Assembly (NCBI GenBank): GCA_947629765.1
Contig: CANREW010000003.1
Coordinates: 1 to 59,419 of the forward strand
DNA from: an uncultured Clostridia bacterium
GTDB lineage: Bacteria > Bacillota > Clostridia > TANB77 > CAG-508
Length of the DNA stretch: 59,419 nt
Reading direction: 5' to 3'
In this document: positions 40,720 through 50,546 of the stretch, in pieces
Layout: each line of letters begins with the position of its first letter
How positions within the stretch are numbered: position 1 is the first letter of the stretch
Translations under genes and position numbers: made by a program
The notes under the pieces: model-generated
Seen by the model: the letters and a program-made list of their open reading frames with translations, nothing else
What the model was told of the DNA's origin: nothing
Databases searched by the model: none

Positions 40720-40834
40720 GCCAAGCGTAGAGGTTTTATATTTAGAAGAAATTGAAGACCCCCGAAAAACTTCGTAGGCGTCTCTATCGTGGGTTCAATT
40801 TATAATAAATATAAAACCTCGATGAGATTTGGCG
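40720..40834. repeat. structured intergenic long-hairpin element, copy A
   Basis: GCCAAGCGTAGAGGTTTTATATTT ... AAATATAAAACCTCGATGAGATTTGGCG. The ends are conserved with copy B (48631..48760) and the interior folds as a continuation of the hairpin. Confidence 0.6.
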
Positions 40835-40862
40835 TAAATTGTTTTAATTCCATAAATTCCCT

Positions 40863-40891
40863 TTGATTTTGCCTCTATTTTATGTTAATAT
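40863..40891 (+). promoter_or_regulatory. sigma-A-type promoter for 40936..41188
   Basis: TTGATT, 17-nt spacer, extended -10 TGtTAATAT. Located 45 nt upstream of the ATG. Confidence 0.45.
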
Positions 40892-40935
40892 AGATTTAAG
40901 GAAAAAGTATTATGTTCTAAAACGGGGGAATTTTT

Positions 40936-41188
40936 ATGATTGAAAACTTAAAACATACTATTCAGAATTTTGATTTGAAGATTAAAAAAATAATGAAAAA
41001 CGGATTATATTTTTCATTCTTTATATCAATAATATCAACACTTATTTTAATTTATTACATATCTTTTTCGCATTATAACTTTATTTATTACATAGGAATT
41101 AAATTTATGAAATTATCTATTACATTTGCTTCTCGGCTTTCTTGCATCAGCTCTTGCAATGGATAAGATAAAGAAGGAATTAGAATAG
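40936..41188 (+). CDS. small membrane protein; C-terminus changed by a +1 shift at in-frame CGG 41134-41136
   Basis: GGGGGA RBS. The zero frame ends ..ITFASRLSCISSCNG*. Skipping the C gives ..ITFAS-G-FLASALAMDKIKKELE*, a clean TM end plus a charged tail that finishes just before the terminator. Confidence 0.5.
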
Positions 41189-41203
41189 ATGTATAATAAG
41201 CAG

Positions 41204-41237
41204 AAAAAAACTTAAACGGCAATGTTTAAGTTTTTTC
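41204..41237. terminator. bidirectional terminator
   Basis: Stem AACTTAAAC / GTTTAAGTT flanked by A7 and T5 runs. Confidence 0.7.
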
Positions 41238-41272
41238 TGAGTTTTTTATGTTAAGGATGATATCTTTTAAAT

Positions 41273-41971
41273 TTATACTGCTTCCAAAGTTTCTTCCCCT
41301 TCTCCTTCGCCATCTTTTTCGTCTATAACTTCTAGGCTTGAAATTGAAACTTCATAAGCAACTCTTTCTACTACTGTTCCATCTTCATATTTCTTTTCAT
41401 ATTTTCTTGATTGAACTCTACCTACTGTTTTTACTTGTGCACCAACTTCTAGATGATCACAAAATCTTGCATTTCTTCCCCAAGCTATTGCTGGAATATA
41501 ATCAGATTTGCTATAAGCTCTATTTACTGCAAGTAAAAGATCTGCTATTTCACGTCCAAATGGTGTTTTTCTGTATATTGGCTTTTTACAAATATGTCCA
41601 ATTAATACAACTTCATTTGAAACGTCTAAATTGATTTCTTCATCTTCTTTTGCTCTTTCTTCAATATCATTTTCATATATGATATCTTTTGCAAATACTG
41701 TTAAAATCAATTTGTTCTTTTCATTTTCATAACTGTTATAAGATCTAAATTGTCCTTTTACTATAATTTTTTTACCTATTTGTAATTCTTCGTCATTTAT
41801 TAATCTTTCAGATATTGTTATTGGTATGATATCAAATGTTTCACTTAAACGTGGTACCTCTAAATCAAATATGTAAAAACTTTCTCCATAAATTTCATGA
41901 CTAAATCTTTTTTCACTTGTAATTTTACCAACCAATACTAAATGGTTATTATCCAAATAATTTGTATTCAA
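41273..41971 (-). CDS. SSB-family protein with two OB-fold-like halves
   Basis: 232 aa. NHLVLVGKITSEKRFSHE.. and NEVVLIGHICKKPIYRKTPFGREIADLLLAVNR.. resemble SSB/PriB-type OB folds. Acidic tail. Assignment from memory. Confidence 0.45.
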   Translation of the reverse strand: MNTNYLDNNHLVLVGKITSEKRFSHEIYGESFYIFDLEVPRLSETFDIIPITISERLINDEELQIGKKIIVKGQFRSYNSYENEKNKLILTVFAKDIIYENDIEERAKEDEEINLDVSNEVVLIGHICKKPIYRKTPFGREIADLLLAVNRAYSKSDYIPAIAWGRNARFCDHLEVGAQVKTVGRVQSRKYEKKYEDGTVVERVAYEVSISSLEVIDEKDGEGEGEETLEAV

Positions 41972-42149
41972 TTTCTTTTCCTCCCTATCCTTTTTACGTA
42001 GGAAATTTATTCTTTTACTTTTGTAATAATTTCTTACGTATCTTTCCTACAAATTTCTTTGTAATGTTTTCCTTTTTTAAGTTTTTTTGTCAATTATACA
42101 TTTATTATACTACATAATTTTGAATTTGTCTACATAAAAAGTTAAAATT

Positions 42150-42674
42150 TTAGAAATTTATTTCATTTTTTCCATATACTAGTAAGATTGTTCCGATTCC
42201 CATCGCATTATGGGCATTATTTTCTAACTTTGAATCTTCTGTTTTTATCAGTATTTCCTGCGGTTCTATGACTTTTTTATTAACATCTTCTATTTTTCTT
42301 TGTAAATACACCATTAAATTTTCTTCTACGCTAGAAGCTGTTATTGTTGCTCTTTGTTTAAAACCAAAAGTTATTATTTTTACTTCTTTATCTATTAATT
42401 TAAAACTTCCCAGATTTACATCTGCATTCATAACTAAATATTCAGCATTATTAAATATTTTATATACTATATCTTTTTTATCTGTTATTTCATCTAAGGT
42501 CATTACAAGAATTGATTGGAATTTTATATTTCTAATATTTTCTGCACTCTTGTCATTTATTACTATTATCGTATGTTCTTTTGTTGGAGAATTTAATTTA
42601 GATTCTAAAATTCTTTTTATTCCCATTTCATTTTTGCTTTCAGCAACAATACCAATAAATGCCACCTTATACAT
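42150..42674 (-). CDS. hypothetical protein
   Basis: 174-aa ORF in an operon-like arrangement with 42711..43001. No family recognised. Confidence 0.4.
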   Translation of the reverse strand: MYKVAFIGIVAESKNEMGIKRILESKLNSPTKEHTIIVINDKSAENIRNIKFQSILVMTLDEITDKKDIVYKIFNNAEYLVMNADVNLGSFKLIDKEVKIITFGFKQRATITASSVEENLMVYLQRKIEDVNKKVIEPQEILIKTEDSKLENNAHNAMGIGTILLVYGKNEINF

Positions 42675-42710
42675 ATCCTTTCATTTAGTGATATGTCTAT
42701 TTTACCCATA

Positions 42711-43001
42711 TTATTCAGTTATATTCGTGATATTAGCGAGATTATTCATAATATTTGTGTTTGTGATAATATTTGTAATAAAATTATCTATATTATTCAT
42801 ATTGATATCATTTATAGAATTGGTTATTGTCATATTAGATTTTGTATTATTTACAGAATTTGTCATTGTCGTATTAGATACAGTTTCTACTGATTCAATA
42901 TTAGTCTTTGCAAAAAAAATTGATAAAATAAATAAAATTACAACAGTACTTGCTGCAATTAAATAAGAATATATTTTTTGTTTATTGAATATAAAAAACA
43001 T
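42711..43001 (-). CDS. hypothetical N/T-rich membrane-anchored protein
   Basis: N-terminal TM (YSYLIAASTVVILFILSIFFA) followed by a low-complexity Asn/Thr-rich tail. Confidence 0.35.
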   Translation of the reverse strand: MFFIFNKQKIYSYLIAASTVVILFILSIFFAKTNIESVETVSNTTMTNSVNNTKSNMTITNSINDINMNNIDNFITNIITNTNIMNNLANITNITE

Positions 43002-43063
43002 AGGATCCTCCTGAATAACAAGTTATTTAATTATATTCTTGCATTAGGAGGATTATGATAAAT

Positions 43064-44248
43064 TTATTCTCCGCCCTTCATATGTTTTCTTGTCATTTCT
43101 AAAAGATTAAGTTTAGAAAATCCAACTATTTGTGTCTTTGACCTATCATATTTTAGATTCTCTTCAAGCACTTTTATTATTTGTTTTTTGTGCTCTTCAT
43201 CTGTCATATCTATGTAGTCTATTATTATAATTCCTCCGATATCCCTTAGCCTTAACTGTTTTGCGATTTCAATACTTGCTTCACTATTTACTTTAAATAC
43301 AGTTTGTTCTAGGTTTTTATTTCCTATATATTTTCCAGAGTTTACATCAATTGCAGTTAATGCTTCTGTCTTATCTATTGTGATAAATCCACCACATTTT
43401 AACCATATCTTTCTTTGTTTTATTTTTTCTAGTTGATCATTTATATCATATATATCAAAGATATCTTCATTATCTTTTAGTTCTATTGTTATATCTTCAT
43501 TTAGATTTTTTATTATCTTTTCTACCTCTTTATAGCATTTCTTATTATCTACAACTATTCTAGTCATATCTTTGTCTATTAAATCCATTAATAATGTTTC
43601 TATAAAGCTCTGTCCTTCATATACAATCCTTGGATATGTTGTTTCTTTATCATTTGCAATTTTCTCGATTTCTTTCCATTTATTTATTATCTCATTTAAA
43701 TCATTTTTTAATTCTTCTTTTTCTTTGTTTAATGCTGATGTCCTTACAATTATTCCAAAGCCTTCTGGAAGTATTTCATTAATTATTTCCATTAGTCTGT
43801 TTTTTTCTTCATCATTTTCTATCTTTTGTGAAATTGTTTTAATATCAGTATTTGGCATCAATACAAAATATCTACTTGGCAAATTAATATGTGTTGAAAC
43901 TTTTGCACCTTTCATATTTGTTGCATCTCTTTTTACTTGTATTAATATCTTATCCCCTACTTTAACAAGTTTTTTAATATTTTTTTCTTGGTCTAAATTA
44001 TTTTCATTTTTTATTATATCTACTTTGGGTAATATATCTTTTAGATGTATAAATGTATTTCTTGTTTCTCCTATATCAATAAAAGCTGCTTGCATTCCTT
44101 GAAGTACATTTTGTACTTTGCCTAAATATATTTTTCCCTCTAACCTTTTAGACTGTTCATTTTCTTCATATTTTTCTAAGATATTTCCATTATCTGTTAC
44201 GACTATTCGTTTTGTATTATCTTTGCTGCTTATAAATATTTCCTTCAT
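43064..44248 (-). CDS. rng: RNase E/G-family ribonuclease
   Basis: S1 domain (GKIYLGKVQNVLQGMQAAFIDIGETRNTFIH) and catalytic core (ITIDKTEALTAIDVNSGKY, GGIIIIDYIDM). Confidence 0.8.
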   Translation of the reverse strand: MKEIFISSKDNTKRIVVTDNGNILEKYEENEQSKRLEGKIYLGKVQNVLQGMQAAFIDIGETRNTFIHLKDILPKVDIIKNENNLDQEKNIKKLVKVGDKILIQVKRDATNMKGAKVSTHINLPSRYFVLMPNTDIKTISQKIENDEEKNRLMEIINEILPEGFGIIVRTSALNKEKEELKNDLNEIINKWKEIEKIANDKETTYPRIVYEGQSFIETLLMDLIDKDMTRIVVDNKKCYKEVEKIIKNLNEDITIELKDNEDIFDIYDINDQLEKIKQRKIWLKCGGFITIDKTEALTAIDVNSGKYIGNKNLEQTVFKVNSEASIEIAKQLRLRDIGGIIIIDYIDMTDEEHKKQIIKVLEENLKYDRSKTQIVGFSKLNLLEMTRKHMKGGE

Positions 44249-44265
44249 TTTTATTTCCCTTCAAT

Positions 44266-44823
44266 CTAATTAAATTTATTCATAGCAATATCAATTCCAT
44301 TTTCTAGAATTTCCTCTATGGCGTTTGTAGCATTTGTTATTGCTTTATCTAGAACACTTCTTGACTCAGCATCTATTTTTTCTAAAACATAATCTTTTAG
44401 ATCTATCTCATCATCTGGACTTCCAGTACCAATTCTGATTCTAGGAAATTCTGTGCTATTTAATTCATGAACAACGGATTTCATTCCATTGTGAGTTCCG
44501 GGTCCACCAATTTTCCTTAATTTTATTTTTCCCTCTTCTATATCTATATCATCGTGAACTATAATTATTTTATCCATATCTATTTTGTAAAAATCTTTAA
44601 AATTTCTTACAGCTATGCCACTTAGATTCATATATGTTTGAGGCTTTAAAATAATTACCTTCTCATTATTTATTATTCCTTGTCCATATAGACTATTAAA
44701 TTTATTTCTATTTATTTCTATTTCATGTCTTTTTGCAAGTTCGTTTACTGTATCAAAACCTACATTATGCCTAGTATTTGCATATTCTTTTTCTGGATTT
44801 CCCAGTCCTACGATTAAATACAT
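44266..44823 (-). CDS. pth: peptidyl-tRNA hydrolase
   Basis: MYLIVGLGNPEKEYANTRHNVGF and GGPGTHNGMKS motifs. Confidence 0.92.
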   Translation of the reverse strand: MYLIVGLGNPEKEYANTRHNVGFDTVNELAKRHEIEINRNKFNSLYGQGIINNEKVIILKPQTYMNLSGIAVRNFKDFYKIDMDKIIIVHDDIDIEEGKIKLRKIGGPGTHNGMKSVVHELNSTEFPRIRIGTGSPDDEIDLKDYVLEKIDAESRSVLDKAITNATNAIEEILENGIDIAMNKFN

Positions 44824-44904
44824 TTAGTTTTCCTCCTTTTGCACCTTTATTTTACACTTTTTTTGTTTGTTTTACAAGTCCTGTTTAATAAAACTTCCAA
44901 ATGT

Positions 44905-44955
44905 ACAAAAATTCCAGTGATTTTGGAGTGCACCCCAATTCTCACTGGAATTTTG
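44905..44955 (-). terminator. terminator after nrdG
   Basis: Stem AAAATTCCAGTGA / TCACTGGAATTTT, with a T-run on the minus strand. Confidence 0.7.
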
Positions 44956-44982
44956 TTCTTTTGTTTTTTAGACTTCATTTTA

Positions 44983-45489
44983 TCATTGGTTTACTAAAAC
45001 TACATCGTTTCCTTGTAAACTCTTTTGTACATCTATTACTCTTTGGTTTGATGAGCCCCTCCATTTTAATGTAGGGTTCCTTAGAGCATCTACATATTGT
45101 CCATCTACTAGTACATCTATATATTTTAAAGCTTCTTTGTCTTGTTCATTATTTCTTAGGTCTTGGTCAAACTTAAAACCTGACCATACCCATACATTTT
45201 TATCTGGGAACTTTTCTTTAAAAGTTTTTGCAAGTTTTGCTGTTCCTTCAACATTCTTTGGATGCATAGGCTCTCCACCTAAAATTGATAGGCCTTTTAC
45301 ATTTTCATTATCACATAATTTTAATACTTCATTAATTGTATCTTCATTAAATTCCTTTCCACCATTAAAATCATGTGTCTCTGGATTAAAACATTCTTTA
45401 CAATTAAATGCACATCCTTGCATAAATATTGATACTCTTACTCCTGGGCCGTTCGAAATATCCATTTTTCTGATTTTATTATAATTCAT
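44983..45489 (-). CDS. nrdG: anaerobic ribonucleotide reductase activating protein
   Basis: Radical-SAM cluster CAFNCKECFN. Lies directly downstream of nrdD. Confidence 0.9.
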   Translation of the reverse strand: MNYNKIRKMDISNGPGVRVSIFMQGCAFNCKECFNPETHDFNGGKEFNEDTINEVLKLCDNENVKGLSILGGEPMHPKNVEGTAKLAKTFKEKFPDKNVWVWSGFKFDQDLRNNEQDKEALKYIDVLVDGQYVDALRNPTLKWRGSSNQRVIDVQKSLQGNDVVLVNQ

Positions 45490-45503
45490 TATAGCTTCAC
45501 CTC

Positions 45504-47660
45504 TTATGCGTCTTTATTGTCTATATGTAATACTCTCTCTTTTATCTCTTGAGTTCTTCCTTTGTTCCAGAAATTACTTCCAATATATCCGCAAGTTCTT
45601 CTTGCTACATTTAAAGTATCGTGGTTTCTATTTCCACAGTTTGGGCAATACCATTCTAGATTATCGTCTATTAATATTTCTCCATCAAATCCACATTCTT
45701 GGCAATAATCAGACTTTGTATTTAATTCTGCATACATTATATTGTCATATATGAATTTGATTACTTGAATAACTGCATCAATGTTATTTTGTAGGTTTGG
45801 AGTTTCTACATAAGATATTGCTCCACCTGGACTTAATCTTTGGAATTCACTTTCTAATGATAATTTAGAAAATGCATCTATTTCTTCAAATACAGGTACA
45901 TGATATGAATTAGTTATATAATCTCTATCTGTAATTCCTTTTATTACTCCAAATCTTTCTTTTAAGCATTTTGCAAATTTATATGTTGTACTTTCGATTG
46001 GTGTTCCATAAACACTGTAATCTATATCTTCTGCTGCCTTCCATTCTTTACATTTGTCATTTAGTTTTTGCATAACTTCTATTGCAAAATCTTTACCTTC
46101 ACCATTGTCAGTATGGCTTTTTCCTGTCATATATTTTACACATTCATAAAGTCCTGCATATCCAAGTGATATTGTTGAATATCCACCATGTAATAGATGA
46201 TGTATACTTGCTCCTTTTGGTAATCTTGCAAGTGCTCCATATTGCCAAAGTATAGGTGCAACATCACTTGTTGCTTTACTTAATCTTTCGTGTCTAATTT
46301 GTAAAGCTTTATGGCAAAGCTCTAATCTCTTTTCAAATATATCCCAGAAATTATCCATATCTTTTCCAGAAGATAAGGCCACATCTACTAAGTTGATAGT
46401 TACAACACCTTGATTAAATCTTCCATAATATTTAGGTTTGTTTGTTTCTGGATCAACATAAGGTGTTAGGAAAGAACGACATCCCATGCAAGGATAGCAA
46501 TTTCCATTTCCATTTTTATCTTTTTTAAGTTCTAACATTTTCTTTTCTGATATGTAATCTGGTACCATTCTCTTTGCTGTACATTGAGCAGCAAGTTTTG
46601 TTAAATACCAATATTTGCTATTTTCGTGAATGTTATCTTCTTCAAGTACATATAGAAGTTTTGGGAATGCAGGAGTAATATATACACCCTTTTCATTTTT
46701 CATTCCTTGAATTCTTTGTTTTAAGAATTCTTCTATTATCATAGCAAGCTCTGTCTTATATTCTTCTGTTTCTCCTAAGTAGAAACATACACTTAGGAAA
46801 GGTGCTTGTCCGTTTGTAGTAGTCATTGAGTTAATTTGATATTGGAAAGTTTGTACTCCGTCTTCAACTTCTTTTTTCAAATCTTCCTTAGCATACTTTT
46901 CGCAATCTTCTTTTGAGAATTTTCTTTCTTCATATTTTTTCAAATATCTTTGATAGCTTTCTCTTACAAATGGTGCTAAATGTGTCATTGTAACTGTTGC
47001 TCCACCATATTGGCTAGATGTTACAGCTGTTATAATCTGTGTTGCGATTGTCATTGCTGTTACGAATTTATGTGGTTTTTCTATCATAACTCCATTTATA
47101 TTTGTTCCATTTTGTAGCATATCTTCTAGATTTATTAAATCGCAGTTGTGCAGAGCATTTTGTGCGAAGTAATCTGCATCATGAAAATGTATAATTCCTT
47201 CATCATGTGCTTTTACAACATCTTCTGGTAATAAAAATCTTCTAGTTATATCTGTACTTGTAATTCCTGCTAAATAATCTCTTTGTGTTGTAACAACTTT
47301 TGCATTTTTATTTGAGTTTTCATTATTCCAATAATCATTTTCTCCATCTATCAATTCTTTTATTGATTGGTCTGTTGTATTTGCTTTTCTTACTAACTCT
47401 CTTGTATAACGATATGTTATATATTTTTTAGCAAGTGGATAAAGTCCAAACTCCATTAATTTTTGTTCTATTATATCTTGAATATCTTCTACTAATATTC
47501 TTGATTTATGAAGATCTTCTATATATTTAATAATATCCTCAATTTGACTTTTTGTAATTTTGTCTTTTCCTGTAACTTCATTATTTGCTTTTTGGATAGC
47601 AATTCTAATTTTATCTGGATTATAGTCTACAACATTTCCATCTCTCTTTATGATTTTCAT
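45504..47660 (-). CDS. nrdD: anaerobic ribonucleoside-triphosphate reductase
   Basis: ATP-cone N-terminus, C-terminal Zn ribbon (CQECG..CPNCG) and glycyl-radical motif RRTCGYIG. Confidence 0.92.
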   Translation of the reverse strand: MKIIKRDGNVVDYNPDKIRIAIQKANNEVTGKDKITKSQIEDIIKYIEDLHKSRILVEDIQDIIEQKLMEFGLYPLAKKYITYRYTRELVRKANTTDQSIKELIDGENDYWNNENSNKNAKVVTTQRDYLAGITSTDITRRFLLPEDVVKAHDEGIIHFHDADYFAQNALHNCDLINLEDMLQNGTNINGVMIEKPHKFVTAMTIATQIITAVTSSQYGGATVTMTHLAPFVRESYQRYLKKYEERKFSKEDCEKYAKEDLKKEVEDGVQTFQYQINSMTTTNGQAPFLSVCFYLGETEEYKTELAMIIEEFLKQRIQGMKNEKGVYITPAFPKLLYVLEEDNIHENSKYWYLTKLAAQCTAKRMVPDYISEKKMLELKKDKNGNGNCYPCMGCRSFLTPYVDPETNKPKYYGRFNQGVVTINLVDVALSSGKDMDNFWDIFEKRLELCHKALQIRHERLSKATSDVAPILWQYGALARLPKGASIHHLLHGGYSTISLGYAGLYECVKYMTGKSHTDNGEGKDFAIEVMQKLNDKCKEWKAAEDIDYSVYGTPIESTTYKFAKCLKERFGVIKGITDRDYITNSYHVPVFEEIDAFSKLSLESEFQRLSPGGAISYVETPNLQNNIDAVIQVIKFIYDNIMYAELNTKSDYCQECGFDGEILIDDNLEWYCPNCGNRNHDTLNVARRTCGYIGSNFWNKGRTQEIKERVLHIDNKDA

Positions 47661-47749
47661 AGTTCTTTTATCCCCCTTTTTAGTATTTCTTTTGTTTGTA
47701 TTGCCTTATTTTTCTTTGTTATTGTGAGGTAATTATATATTTGAAAAAA

Positions 47750-47783
47750 GATAAATTCTGTTGCAATTGCAACAGAATTTATC
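47750..47783 (-). terminator. perfect 34-bp palindrome, probable terminator upstream of the nrdD promoter
   Basis: GATAAATTCTGTTGCAATTGCAACAGAATTTATC followed by T6 on the minus strand. It lies about 140 nt after the stop of 47922..48587. Confidence 0.6.
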
Positions 47784-47921
47784 TCCGGTTTTGCTTTCAA
47801 TTCTCTATCAAGGTTTTAAAGAATTATTACAAATTTATTACAAATTTAAGACAAAAATGTTAAATTTAAAAGTCTTGAAAATACTGACTTTAAAGTAAGT
47901 TTACGATATTTTAAAATTATG

Positions 47922-48587
47922 TTATTTCATTCTATAATGTCCACTTATCTGTTCATTTTTACCATATAGTTCTAGTACATCCTCTTCTCTAAATGGCTGG
48001 CCTGTGTTATGTATTAAATATGGTATACCTTTTGAATTTCTTTTATCTGAGATAATTCCTATATGAGTAGTCCCAAAAGTAACAATATCTCCGGGTTGCC
48101 ATTCTGCAATTTGACTTAAATCAGTAGTTAAACTTATTTGATTTCTATCAAAATATACTTTTAGATTAGATACTCTTCTAAAATCTATATTAGGATCTGG
48201 TTTTCCATTTACTCTCGGATATTCTGAAACATTATTTTTTATATCCTCATCTACCATATCTTTTAACAAATACCCAGCGTTTTTAAGAGCTCTCCATATA
48301 ACATCTGTGCAGACTCCTTCACCTTCTGGTGGATATCCCCCAGCATAATATGCACTTTTGTATTTTGGTTTATTTTTTGCTTCGATTTTTGCTCCTTGCA
48401 AAATATCTGTATAATCATCTATTCCATCATTATCATAATCAGTTTTACTTATTAATGTTTCAATTCCAAAATCTTCTGCAGTATATGATTTTTTATTTGT
48501 TTTATATAATATATAACATGCTATGGTTATGCCAAGTATTAAAAATAGTATGATAAATGTTATCAATATTTTTTTGAGTATTTTCAT
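47922..48587 (-). CDS. DUF1287-family protein
   Basis: N-terminal TM, then YDNDGIDDYTDILQGA...GVCTDVIWRAL...GDIVTF..HIGIISD, typical of DUF1287 (from memory). Confidence 0.7.
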   Translation of the reverse strand: MKILKKILITFIILFLILGITIACYILYKTNKKSYTAEDFGIETLISKTDYDNDGIDDYTDILQGAKIEAKNKPKYKSAYYAGGYPPEGEGVCTDVIWRALKNAGYLLKDMVDEDIKNNVSEYPRVNGKPDPNIDFRRVSNLKVYFDRNQISLTTDLSQIAEWQPGDIVTFGTTHIGIISDKRNSKGIPYLIHNTGQPFREEDVLELYGKNEQISGHYRMK

Positions 48588-48630
48588 ATAAACTCCTTTT
48601 TATAAAATTTATATTAAAAAAAACTAAGTA

Positions 48631-48760
48631 GCCAAACGCAGGAGTTTTATATTTTTTTTGAAAGAAAATGTTCGAACAGCCTGCTGCTTACGGATTACTC
48701 CTTGACCTTTCGAAATTTTCTTGAAAACAAAAAATATAAAAGCTCCGACGAGATTTGGCG
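48631..48760. repeat. structured intergenic long-hairpin element, copy B
   Basis: GCCAAACGCAGGAGTTTTATATTTTTT ... AAAAAATATAAAAGCTCCGACGAGATTTGGCG. The ends match copy A and the interior differs but pairs with itself. Confidence 0.6.
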
Positions 48761-48801
48761 GACTTTATAGCATATATAATAAATATACTTATTTCACAAT
48801 A

Positions 48802-49851
48802 TTAAAAATTAAAATCAAAATATGCATATTTTTTAGTTTTGCTATTTAGATAATCAGCTACATCATTTTTAGCAACTTCTGAAATATCCACAACTCTCGT
48901 TCCTACTGTTTCACCTGTTTTTACAAGCGGAACAATATATCTTCTCTTGCCTTCTAAGCTTACACTATATTTTTCAAATACTTTTTCTTCACTTTCATAA
49001 ATACAATCTGCATTTTCAAATTTTTTAAATGTTTCGCTAATTGTCTTATCCTTACAATTTTCAATTTTATCTATTATTTCTGATTCTTTTAATGTATATA
49101 AATCTTCTTTTGTGATATATCCTTGATTTGCCATTTTTCTTACTGTATCTGCAATGAATTGCATCGTAAGCTTGTCCTTACTTGATATCCACATAGGCCA
49201 AACATTTTTTAAATTATGTACAAATTTTTCTGCTGTTTCTTTGTGAGCAAATCCTAATTCTTCTATTCCTTCCTCATTTGTTAAAATAACTATATCTGAA
49301 TATAACTCTTTTATTGTTCCTAAATTTAATATTTTTTTATTATCAAAAAATAGTCCTCCAGAAAAATTATATTCTAGTCTATCTGCTGAAAGTTTTGGCA
49401 GGTCATTATCTGCAATTGGATATATATGATAATCTTGAACTTCTTCTAATTTAATATTATCTCTTTCTAAAAGATGCATTATCTCACTAGAATTTTTTAT
49501 TATCTCTGTTGTTAGCTCTTCTGTTGATTCTTGGGTTTTATAGTCTCCATTCATAAAGTCTATACAATGTTTAAAAGTAGGAGTTGAGATGTCGTGAAAT
49601 AATCCAGCAAGTGTCTGCTTTTTATCTTTTGTAAAATTCCATACAATTAATGCTACACCCACACTATGGTCTAATATTGAATAATATACTTTATTATCAA
49701 ATATATTGGTATAATCTGTTCCACAATTCTGACTAATAAATGCTAATCTTTGCATTTCTTTTGTATCTACATATTCATATAAAAAATCTGGTATATCTTT
49801 TGATAAAATACTAAAATATTCTTTTAATATTGGATTTGTTCCCTTAAGCAT
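48802..49851 (-). CDS. HD-domain phosphohydrolase
   Basis: LDHSVGVALIVW...LAGLFHDISTPTFKH (H..HD motif). Confidence 0.7.
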   Translation of the reverse strand: MLKGTNPILKEYFSILSKDIPDFLYEYVDTKEMQRLAFISQNCGTDYTNIFDNKVYYSILDHSVGVALIVWNFTKDKKQTLAGLFHDISTPTFKHCIDFMNGDYKTQESTEELTTEIIKNSSEIMHLLERDNIKLEEVQDYHIYPIADNDLPKLSADRLEYNFSGGLFFDNKKILNLGTIKELYSDIVILTNEEGIEELGFAHKETAEKFVHNLKNVWPMWISSKDKLTMQFIADTVRKMANQGYITKEDLYTLKESEIIDKIENCKDKTISETFKKFENADCIYESEEKVFEKYSVSLEGKRRYIVPLVKTGETVGTRVVDISEVAKNDVADYLNSKTKKYAYFDFNF

Positions 49852-49870
49852 TTTTGCCTCCTATTTTTAT

Positions 49871-50440
49871 TTATAAAACTCTGCAATGTTTTTTAACAGC
49901 TCTTTTTCCATATATATTTTCATATACTCTAAACATATATTTTCTTATTTCTTCTTCGTCTTTGTTTTTATCTGATATTGGAAGTACGTATGTAGAATAT
50001 TCCATGCCAAATAAAAATAATTCAAAATTTAATTTTTCAAATCCTAATCTATTATAGAATCTTGCTCTTCTTTCTCTTTCAATATTCTCCTTTTCACTTT
50101 TTCCACAACCTAATTTTTCAATTTCAATAAACATAGCTTTATAATTTGGGAATATATCTTTTAGACTCATTATTGCTTTACTTCCATATCCTTTCGATTG
50201 ATATTCTGGAAGTATAGCTAAATAATCTAAACCTATATACCCATTTTCTTCTAATGCATTAACTATTAGAAAGCCAATAATTTTATTATCAACACAAATC
50301 TTAAAAATCTTTGACATTCCTTTTTTATTTGCACTTTTTATTTGATAAAAGTATCTTCTTTCAATCGGTGGAAACATAGCTTTGTATATTGGAAATAGCT
50401 TTTTCTTAAATTCTTTTATATCTACTTCTATTACTTCCAT
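49871..50440 (-). CDS. GNAT-family N-acetyltransferase
   Basis: ILPEYQSKGYGSKAIMSL acetyl-CoA binding motif. Confidence 0.75.
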   Translation of the reverse strand: MEVIEVDIKEFKKKLFPIYKAMFPPIERRYFYQIKSANKKGMSKIFKICVDNKIIGFLIVNALEENGYIGLDYLAILPEYQSKGYGSKAIMSLKDIFPNYKAMFIEIEKLGCGKSEKENIERERRARFYNRLGFEKLNFELFLFGMEYSTYVLPISDKNKDEEEIRKYMFRVYENIYGKRAVKKHCRVL

Positions 50441-50546
50441 AAATTGTTTCTCCTTTTATAAGATTTTATCATAACTAATTACAAAAATCTACAAAAAGCG
50501 GCTACATTACCCAATAAAATTACTTTTTCTGGGCTTTTGCTTATTT

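Noticed and set aside
40720-40834. T-box leader, suggested by the GATGAGA kink-turn-like sequence
   Set aside because: There is no T-box antiterminator sequence, no specifier-loop architecture and no downstream aminoacyl-tRNA synthetase or amino-acid gene. The kink-turn strand is on the 3' side of the hairpin, unlike T-box stem I.
47661-47750. NrdR operator boxes upstream of nrdD
   Set aside because: I could not identify the paired 16-bp palindromic NrdR boxes. Only a TATAAT-like -10 element and the separate 34-bp palindrome, better explained as a terminator, are evident.
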